From an uncultured Rhizobium sp. (GTDB lineage Bacteria; Pseudomonadota; Alphaproteobacteria; Rickettsiales; UBA1997): DNA of 64,000 bases. The stretch's first letter is position 1, and each line of letters begins with the position of its first letter. The notes under the pieces were generated by a model that was not told where the DNA came from, ran no database searches, and saw only the letters and a list, made by a program, of their open reading frames with translations. Position numbers and translations under genes: made by a program. The DNA lies in contig CAZDLU010000008.1 in the NCBI GenBank assembly GCA_964506725.1, positions 73 to 64,072 on the forward strand. Reading direction: 5' to 3'. Shown here piece by piece: positions 19,693 to 27,028 of this stretch.

Positions 19693-19798
19693 AAATTTAG
19701 GAAAGGTACCTGGAACCTTTTTTTATTCTTAAATTTAGGAAAGGTACCTGGAACCTTTTTTATTAGGAAAGGTACCTGGAACCTTTTGGAACCTTTTT
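19693..19798 (+). repeat. three tandem copies of a ~25-30 nt hairpin unit (ttaggaaaggtacctggaacctttt) plus a partial fourth
   Basis: Read directly at about 19693-19722, 19731-19761 and 19762-19786, with a stub ggaacctttttt at 19787-19798. Each unit has an aaaggt/accttt stem followed by a T-run. Confidence 0.8.
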
Positions 19799-19897
19799 TA
19801 AAAATTTAATTAGAAAGAGCAGAAGATGGTTTGATTTATATCAATTTAAAATTAGGAAAATAAATTATTAACTAACATATCAATTAAAATAAATTTT

Positions 19898-20341
19898 ATG
19901 CCAAATTCTATAAAACTTCATTTAGTTCTAACTGCGTCGCCGCAAAAAATTTATCGCGCTTTTACTGAAAGCCAGGCAATGGCCAGATGGCTTGCGCCTG
20001 ATGGGTTTACCTGCGAAGTTTTTAGCTTTGATGCGAAAGTTGGCGGGAAATTTAAAATGGCTTTTACCAATTTTACTAACAAAAAATCTCATACTTTTGG
20101 GGGGGAATTTTTGGAATTGGTGCCGGATGAAAAAATAAAATATAGTGATAAATTTGACGATCCAAATTTGCCGGGTGTTATGGTGACAACGGTAATTCTG
20201 GAAAAAGTTTCTTGTGGAACTGATGTGACTATAACTCAGGAAGGCTTACCGGAGATGATTCCAACGGAGCAATGCTATTTAGGGTGGCAACAATCTTTAC
20301 AATATTTAGCCAAATTAGTTGAGCCTAATATCGAAGGATAA
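19898..20341 (+). CDS. SRPBCC/AHSA1-domain protein
   Basis: 147 aa. IYRAFTESQAMARWLAPDGFTCEV...GGKFKM...HTFGGEFLELVPDEKIKY fits the Aha1/BPI-like SRPBCC pattern. Confidence 0.7.
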   Translation: MPNSIKLHLVLTASPQKIYRAFTESQAMARWLAPDGFTCEVFSFDAKVGGKFKMAFTNFTNKKSHTFGGEFLELVPDEKIKYSDKFDDPNLPGVMVTTVILEKVSCGTDVTITQEGLPEMIPTEQCYLGWQQSLQYLAKLVEPNIEG

Positions 20342-20343
20342 TT

Positions 20344-21021
20344 ATGAAAATATTAATAAAAATTTTGCTATTTTTATTTTTATGTGGGATTGCTGCTAAA
20401 AGTTGGAGTGACCAGAAATGCCGAGAATACGGGGTTGCTTTGCTGATGCCACAGGAATATTTGCAGGAAGCGCAAAGAATTAATAATGAAATTGTAGCAC
20501 AGATAAGAAAAGAAAATTTGCCGAACGTTTTTCACATAACCTTATTTCAGGGATGTTTTTTTCGTAGTGATATTGATGAGTTATATCAGAAAGTAAAAAG
20601 CTGGCGCTTGAAAGCGATAAAAATTGCTTTAGTAAAAGAGATAAAAGGTTTGGAAAAAAAATATATCAATTGGCCGGTTTACAATAATAATGCTTTAAAT
20701 GATTTGCATATTCTAATGCTTAATAATTTCGGCCCGCAACATCACGGAGCCCTGGCGCGCTACATTGATTCTTATAGGGAGTTAAATGCCAAACAACGGC
20801 GGCAAGTTGATTTTTATGGAGTGGCGGGAGTGCTTGATGAATATGCTCCGCATGTGACATTATTTTATTTTGCGAATAAAAATTCCGAAATTGATGATAT
20901 AATAAAAAATATTGCTCCACCAAGATTTGGTGATGAGGTAATGGCAGGAACTGTGGCGATTGGCGAGCTTGGTTATAATGGTAATATGGAGAAGGTTTTG
21001 TATAGTGTTGAGTTGGAATGA
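20344..21021 (+). CDS. secreted 2H-phosphoesterase superfamily protein
   Basis: 225 aa. N-terminal signal peptide and two H-x-T-x motifs (FHITLFQG and PHVTLFYF) at the spacing typical of LigT/CPDase-type 2H enzymes. Confidence 0.6.
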   Translation: MKILIKILLFLFLCGIAAKSWSDQKCREYGVALLMPQEYLQEAQRINNEIVAQIRKENLPNVFHITLFQGCFFRSDIDELYQKVKSWRLKAIKIALVKEIKGLEKKYINWPVYNNNALNDLHILMLNNFGPQHHGALARYIDSYRELNAKQRRQVDFYGVAGVLDEYAPHVTLFYFANKNSEIDDIIKNIAPPRFGDEVMAGTVAIGELGYNGNMEKVLYSVELE

Positions 21022-21040
21022 ATTTCTTTTCTTTTGAAAA

Positions 21041-21085
21041 GGGGCCAGGCTACTTTTCACCAAAAGTAGCCTGGCCCCTTTTTTT
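21041..21085 (+). terminator. rho-independent terminator, full copy of the GGGGCCAGGCTACTTTT palindrome family
   Basis: ggggccaggctactttt-cacc-aaaagtagcctggcccc (17-bp stem) followed by T7, 20 nt after the stop of 20344..21021. Confidence 0.8.
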
Positions 21086-21244
21086 ACTGGAGAGCTTTGG
21101 TATAGGATTAAGTTGGAATAAAAGGAGGCAAGCTACTTTTTACAAAAATACTGGAGGTCCTTCTATCACCCGTATATTTAGGTGATAGTTGGTATAGTCT
21201 GAAAAACCTGAGCTATTCTTAATAAAATTGGATGAGAGGTTTAT

Positions 21245-23680
21245 TCATTTTCTGTTATAGTTTGTTTGGTTAGGTTCATGAATATTTTTATTACAAAAAT
21301 TATCTAACATACTGTAAGTGTGATCATTGAGTTGTGTCGCGATTGCTTTCATTTCTTCAACGAAATCTTCTTTGGATTTACATACCGAAATGAAATCATT
21401 ATTTTTACCAAAATTATTTGTACCAGATGGTTTTGGACCAAAGTATTTACATACAATATGTAAAGCTCCGGGATTCTTGTTCTCAGAATCAGGACCTATA
21501 TTTAAGCCGCGGGTTAAAGTTATTGAATAATTTGGAAAGGCTACTTCTGTTATATCTCGCGAAGCGGTCAAATCAAATATTATACCTAACTTATCATCCC
21601 GGGATTTTTCAGAAGCTAAAGTGGCAGAGCTACGAGTTGGAGCTGAAGTGGGGTGGCCGCCTGCACCTGTAGCTTTATGGCTACTACTTGCGCTTGCAGC
21701 AGCTTCAGAGCTACTACTTGCACTAGTTTTATAACTAGGATCATTAAGTTGGTTTATCGCGGCATCGCAGAATTGTTCTATATCTATGAAAGTATTAGAT
21801 TGATTGCAATTCGTACGATTAATCATTTTCATCATCAAAATTGCAAATTCTAAGTCGCGACGCTCTCCAAGTGGACTGGTTTTTGCCTCCTCAAATTTTT
21901 CCACCATTTCTTGTAAACCTGTTTTAATATAAATTTCTTCTTTCAAAAGATTAATATTTATATCAGCGTCTTCAAATTTAATATTAAATGATCCTCCCGC
22001 CTTGGAAATTAATGGATATAAATTAGCTAGTTTTAAAATTAGCCGTTCTTCGCCTTTATCAAGGGTGCCCACATCAGAGGTTGCAGCCGGTGTTGGAACT
22101 GTGCTATTAGTTACAGCAGCCGATCCACTGAGAATAGACGGAAGTTGTGCACGGCCGGTATCGCATAAGACATCAAGGTCTAGGAAACCCCCATTTATTT
22201 CGGCAAGATCTGCATTTGTACTATTTATTGCTGTTAACATAGTGAGTGCGAATTCTGTTTGTGGATCTGTGCTGGCCGTATTAAAATCTTCTACAATAGC
22301 GCTGTCTGGGTAAGCTGTTTGATTAATAGAAATTTTTCCTTCAGAAAGATTAATCCTTATTAATACAGGTCCAAAAATAACATTAATTGATCCGCCTACC
22401 TCGGAAATTAATTGGTATAAACCTTTTAGTTTTTCGATTTGCTGTGATTCTGCTGTATTATCTGCGGAAGAGTTGGTGGAAAGTGTATGCGCTATATCAT
22501 GTAGTGTTTCTTTGCCTGGTTCTATAGATTTACCAATTACTATGGAAGCCGCACCTTCTTTTTTTGTACTTTCTTCAAACAATTTTTCTAATGCCTCTTT
22601 GCAATTTTCAGGATTAATTAATTTATTATCATATATTAGATATGTAAGATTTTTTGGATTAATTTCCGGACGTGTTTTAGCTTCCTCTGCCATGGCAGCA
22701 ATAAGATTTTTATAGAGTTCCCTACTTCCTAGCGCCATATCCCAATTAATATTTATTGGATATACTATTTTTCCATTAGAAGTAGAAGTTCTTAATTTTA
22801 TATTTCTTACGGAAGAGAGTGTTGAAGTGGGGTGGCCGTCTGCACCTGCAGCTTTATGGCTACTGCTTGCGCTTGCAACAGCTTCAGAGCTACTACTTGC
22901 ACTGGTTTTATAACTAGGATCAATTCGGTTTATTGCATCGCATAACTTGTCTGTATCGATGACTAGATGATATAACCCTTGATCTACGATGTTGGAATTT
23001 GCTTTAGCTATCGCTAAACGCATACCCACCACGAATCTATCTTGAGCATTATCTTTTTTAACATCATCAAATGGTATTAATATAGGAACGTTGTTGCCAG
23101 GTGTTGTAATAAGGATTGTTTCTTTAGAAAGATTGATATCTATTATTGTTCCTTTAAACTCAATTTTAACAGTATCACTATGGCGATTAATGTTATTTTG
23201 ATTAATGTAGTCATATAAATTGCCTAGTTTTAAGGTTTGTTGCAATTCGGATATTTGTCCAGGGGTTAATGAGATTGAAGCGGAAGCGCTTGCTTTTCCA
23301 GAGCCAACAGCCGAAGCTTCACCAGCAGCATCCTTTCTTGCTTGTGGTGATAACAATTTTCTGAAGTCTGGATTAATTACACTTGATAAGGTTTCCCCTC
23401 TTCCATTTTGTAAAGATAGACAGTCAATCTTAGCTTCGTTATAATGTGGAAGTAGGATATGAAGTACATCAATATTGCCAATTTCATTAGCAATGTGAAG
23501 AAGAGTTTGCTTGTCGGACAGCTCGCTTCTGTGGGTTAATAATCTATTGAAAAGATGAGGATAAGAGCGTTTAAAAGAGAGAAGCTCAGCTTTGAAATTT
23601 GTTAAATCAAATAAGTTGTTAGTTAATGAATTAAAAGAAAGTTCTAGAATTTGATTCTCATTACCTTTTTCCGGAAGCAT
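21245..23680 (-). CDS. large modular repeat protein, candidate secreted effector
   Basis: 811 aa. An ankyrin-like segment near the N-terminus (TLLHIANEIGNIDVLHILLPHYN). Three copies of a ~150-aa module (L.LGNLY..I......I.F....ININL..E.I.I...), separated by Ser/Ala-rich linkers. No family recognised. Confidence 0.6.
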   Translation of the reverse strand: MLPEKGNENQILELSFNSLTNNLFDLTNFKAELLSFKRSYPHLFNRLLTHRSELSDKQTLLHIANEIGNIDVLHILLPHYNEAKIDCLSLQNGRGETLSSVINPDFRKLLSPQARKDAAGEASAVGSGKASASASISLTPGQISELQQTLKLGNLYDYINQNNINRHSDTVKIEFKGTIIDINLSKETILITTPGNNVPILIPFDDVKKDNAQDRFVVGMRLAIAKANSNIVDQGLYHLVIDTDKLCDAINRIDPSYKTSASSSSEAVASASSSHKAAGADGHPTSTLSSVRNIKLRTSTSNGKIVYPININWDMALGSRELYKNLIAAMAEEAKTRPEINPKNLTYLIYDNKLINPENCKEALEKLFEESTKKEGAASIVIGKSIEPGKETLHDIAHTLSTNSSADNTAESQQIEKLKGLYQLISEVGGSINVIFGPVLIRINLSEGKISINQTAYPDSAIVEDFNTASTDPQTEFALTMLTAINSTNADLAEINGGFLDLDVLCDTGRAQLPSILSGSAAVTNSTVPTPAATSDVGTLDKGEERLILKLANLYPLISKAGGSFNIKFEDADININLLKEEIYIKTGLQEMVEKFEEAKTSPLGERRDLEFAILMMKMINRTNCNQSNTFIDIEQFCDAAINQLNDPSYKTSASSSSEAAASASSSHKATGAGGHPTSAPTRSSATLASEKSRDDKLGIIFDLTASRDITEVAFPNYSITLTRGLNIGPDSENKNPGALHIVCKYFGPKPSGTNNFGKNNDFISVCKSKEDFVEEMKAIATQLNDHTYSMLDNFCNKNIHEPNQTNYNRK
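21645..21743. repeat. intragenic ~100-bp repeat, copy 1 (encodes DPSYKTSASSSSEAAASASSSHKATGAGGHPTS)
   Basis: Near-identical at the DNA level to 22824..22922 (gaagtggggtggccg.ctgcacctg.agctttatggctact.cttgcgcttgca.cagcttcagagctactacttgcact.gttttataactaggatca). Confidence 0.85.
22824..22922. repeat. intragenic ~100-bp repeat, copy 2
   Basis: See copy 1. A handful of substitutions over ~100 bp inside the same ORF. Confidence 0.85.
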
Positions 23681-23949
23681 TTTGAATTAGAATTTAAGTT
23701 AAGAAAAATTTGAAGAGTTTTATGTAGATGAGTTAACACCTAATTAAATAAAATAATAAAGTCAATATATAAAATAACCCTTTTTTTGTTGACAATCTCA
23801 CAGAAATTTTTAACTTAATTTTTGTCACAATTTCACTACTTGCTTTCTTGAATTTAAAAGAAGCACAGCCACCAATTTTCATCACATCTCACCAAATTTT
23901 CTCGCCACTTTCATCACGAAATTTGTTAAAGTTTTAAGTTTTTTGGTGA

Positions 23950-26889
23950 ATGGAAAAATTGCTGCCTCACGATTTATTTATTCAATCGCCATTTTGGAAA
24001 TCGCATCTTGAAAGTTTGTCTCATCCTGTCGCCGTGAGGATGGCGCAGGATTTGGAAATTGCTTCGCCGCTTGGAATTGGTGATGCTAACAAAATTTTTT
24101 GGAAAGGTTTCAAGCATAATTTTGGCGCTGCTGATTCCAATATTGATTTTCTTTTTCGCATCAAAAAAAAGCATCCGCAAAAAATTGTTTTAATTCAAAT
24201 CGGCGAATTTTACGAAACTTGGGGCATTGATTCGGTTTTTTTAGTTGAGCATTGCGGCATAAATAGAATGGGGCGCAAAGGCCCGCGTGCCGGGATGCCG
24301 CTTGCCAATATCCAAAGTGTTTTGGATGATTTAACGGCGGCCGGATTTTCAATTGTAGTTTGCGAGCAGGCTGACGATATTCACAAAAAAGGTCGCAAAA
24401 TAAGATTCATTTCTGAAATCATAACTCCTTCCTCACCTACTTACACCTATGGCTTGGCCATGAGTCATAAAGCAAATATTGTCTTTCCGGAAGCACCGCC
24501 AGAATTTGGTTTGGCTGCAAATAGCAAAGGAATAAAGTTGGTTGAAATTAATCCTGACTTAAGAACTTCGCTCATCTTGGAAGGCTTGACGGAAGAGGCG
24601 GCGCTTATTCGTTTAAACAAATATAGCGGACGTTTAAATCGAATTTTTTTGCATGAAAAATTACCGCAAACTTTATTTGATGCCGCTAATTTCAAATTTC
24701 ACAATTTAGTAAAAATTTCCGGCTATTCTTTGCGCGCTTTTGCCAAGCGCATGGAAGAATTAATAAAAATTGATTTGGATTTAGATGCTAATATTGAATT
24801 TTTAAAAACAGAAAATTTAGGTGAAGAAAATGCGCCGAAAGCTCTCTATCAGCATACCGCCGAGCAAATCGGAATTTTGCCGAAAAGCGGAATTCCGGAT
24901 TTAGTGCAATTAATGTTGCCGAAATCAAGCCCCGCAACTTGCAAATATATTGTGCGAAATTTGTTGTTAAGTCCCGCGCCAAAAAAATATGCCGATTGTT
25001 TAAGGCAAGCAATTATTGAATTGCAGTCAAGTGATAAAAAGCTGCCAACCCTTCTAGTGTCTAATCCGGTGAGATATATAAAAACTTTAAATAAAAATGA
25101 AGCCCATCCCGAAATTTTAAAAGATTTATTTTCTTTGGCGGAAATTTTTCTAACTTGCCAAAAAAATTTTTCGCCGAATTTTATTAAAAATATTTTAGAA
25201 AATGTTTCTTATATTTCTGCGATAAGAACGGAAGAAAAAATTTTGCGTCAAACCGGTAAAAAAATAATTGAACTGCTTGCAGAAATTTTACCCAAAGAAG
25301 AAGATTTTTCGTACACACCAAAAAACGAATTAGTTCCACACACGCTATTTGAGCGGCTTGAAGAGGAGTTTCGCGGCAGGATTTCTAAAAATTCTAATGC
25401 AGAAATTTTTTCGCTTTATGAAAAAATTCATGAGTCGGCCAAAAAATATGAAGAAGCTTTAGTAAAAAATTTAATTCCGATTATTGCAGAAGAAGGCAAG
25501 TCAAAAAGAGTGGCGCTTTCTTACGATATGCATAATGAAGCGATTTGGTTGATTGGCAATGTGAATGCCAAGCACCAATTGATTCGACCCCTTGATCGTT
25601 ATGGCAAAGAAGTTAAGGATCGCTGGAGTACTAAGGAAGTTGAAGAGGCTTTGAGCGAATATAAAGCGGATGTTTTAAAAATTTTTGAAGCGATAAAAAA
25701 AGTTTTGAAACAGGCATCGAAGGATCTTGCGCCTTACTGCATGCCGATAATTCATTTGGCGACTTTTTCTAATTTGACGAAGACGCTTTATCTTCACATT
25801 AAAGAATGTCAGGTAAAAAATTGGACGGCGAATTTTATTAGTGAAGGTGAAAATAAAATCGCGCTGACAGATTTTTTTCCTTATTGGATAAAGGCGGGCG
25901 AGGCGGTAGCAAATTCATTTGCTTTTGACGGCACTTGTTTGTTGACGGGCCACAATATGGCGGGCAAATCAACTTTGATAAGATCGCTTGCAGCCGCGAC
26001 TTTGCTTGGTTCGTGTGGCTTTATGTTTCCGGCAAAAAAAATTGTTGTCGGGCAAGAAATTGATGGTTGGTATGTGAGAACCGGTGCGGGAGATGATCCC
26101 GAGGCCGGTCTTTCGGCCTTTGCCGTTGAAATGACAGATGTGAAAATTGCGCTTCGCGATGCGACTAATAAAAGTTTTTTACTAATTGACGAACTTGGCA
26201 AAGGCACGGAATCAAAGGCCGGACACGCCATTGCGGCGAGTGTTTTGGAATATTTGGCGAAGAAAAATATCAGGTCAATTTTTGCAACGCACTGGCATGA
26301 AATTTTTGTAAATAAGGCGGTTGATTTAAAAAATATTCGCTTGATAAAAATGTTGTGTGACGCAGATGTTGCAACTTACAAAGTTGTTGACGGAGTTGAT
26401 TTAAATTCTTCGGCATTTTATACGGCAACTCAAGTAGGAGTTGATGCTGAGATTGTTGCAAGAGCCGAAGAAATTGCTAAAAGTTACGAACATTTTGTTG
26501 ATGGAAATTCCCAAAATCTTTCCAAAAAAATTCCTGATCTAAAAGAAATTTTAGCCGAAATAACGACAAGCGAAATTGCAAAAATCAAAACCCTAAACGA
26601 AAACGAAACTCCGCCGTTAAACGATATCGGTCACAGCATAGTTTATATTTTGCGCACCAAAAATAATTTCCACTACGCCGGCGAAACTGATAATTTTTTG
26701 CACCGCGTGGTGGCGCATCGCGCCAACAATAATTGCGAATTTATCTACGCCCAAATCCCCCAAGGCAAAAGCCACGCGCGCCAGTTGGAGCAGAGGTTGA
26801 TTACAAGATTGAAGAATAGCGGATTCGCTATGATTTCGATTGAGGATGCGGGAAATTTGAGTTTTGGTATAGCTCTGAAGGCAAAATAA
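23950..26889 (+). CDS. MSH1-like DNA mismatch repair protein: MutS domains fused to a C-terminal GIY-YIG endonuclease domain
   Basis: 979 aa. MutS domain I (IQIGEFYETWGIDSVFLVEHCG), Walker A (LLTGHNMAGKST), Walker B (LLIDELGKGT), STHW-like ATHWHE, and a C-terminal GIY-YIG-like module (VYILRTKNNFHYAGETDNFLHRVVAHR...GKSHARQLEQRLITRLKNSGF). Collinear with plant MSH1 as I recall it. Confidence 0.85.
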   Translation: MEKLLPHDLFIQSPFWKSHLESLSHPVAVRMAQDLEIASPLGIGDANKIFWKGFKHNFGAADSNIDFLFRIKKKHPQKIVLIQIGEFYETWGIDSVFLVEHCGINRMGRKGPRAGMPLANIQSVLDDLTAAGFSIVVCEQADDIHKKGRKIRFISEIITPSSPTYTYGLAMSHKANIVFPEAPPEFGLAANSKGIKLVEINPDLRTSLILEGLTEEAALIRLNKYSGRLNRIFLHEKLPQTLFDAANFKFHNLVKISGYSLRAFAKRMEELIKIDLDLDANIEFLKTENLGEENAPKALYQHTAEQIGILPKSGIPDLVQLMLPKSSPATCKYIVRNLLLSPAPKKYADCLRQAIIELQSSDKKLPTLLVSNPVRYIKTLNKNEAHPEILKDLFSLAEIFLTCQKNFSPNFIKNILENVSYISAIRTEEKILRQTGKKIIELLAEILPKEEDFSYTPKNELVPHTLFERLEEEFRGRISKNSNAEIFSLYEKIHESAKKYEEALVKNLIPIIAEEGKSKRVALSYDMHNEAIWLIGNVNAKHQLIRPLDRYGKEVKDRWSTKEVEEALSEYKADVLKIFEAIKKVLKQASKDLAPYCMPIIHLATFSNLTKTLYLHIKECQVKNWTANFISEGENKIALTDFFPYWIKAGEAVANSFAFDGTCLLTGHNMAGKSTLIRSLAAATLLGSCGFMFPAKKIVVGQEIDGWYVRTGAGDDPEAGLSAFAVEMTDVKIALRDATNKSFLLIDELGKGTESKAGHAIAASVLEYLAKKNIRSIFATHWHEIFVNKAVDLKNIRLIKMLCDADVATYKVVDGVDLNSSAFYTATQVGVDAEIVARAEEIAKSYEHFVDGNSQNLSKKIPDLKEILAEITTSEIAKIKTLNENETPPLNDIGHSIVYILRTKNNFHYAGETDNFLHRVVAHRANNNCEFIYAQIPQGKSHARQLEQRLITRLKNSGFAMISIEDAGNLSFGIALKAK

Positions 26890-26903
26890 TTTCTTGATGC
26901 ATA

Positions 26904-26980
26904 ACTCACGGTTAACTGAGCCAGTCGAAGGATGTTTAGATTTCGAATTCAAACATATCCTTCGATAGCTCAGGGTGACT
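26904..26980. repeat. diverged family-2 palindromic element, probable bidirectional terminator
   Basis: Between convergent genes. ...ctgagccagtcgaaggatg...catatccttcgatagctcag... forms an imperfect long hairpin related to ctgagcctgtcgaagcat / atgcttcgacaggctcag. Confidence 0.55.
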
Positions 26981-27028
26981 TTTGAGTTTTATGTTTTATC
27001 TAAAACAAAAAAGACGGTCGAAATATTT

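Noticed and set aside
19693-19798. Tandem repeats considered as a mini CRISPR array
   Set aside because: The units are contiguous or separated by only ~8 nt with no unique spacers. Each unit is a terminator-like hairpin, and no cas genes are nearby.
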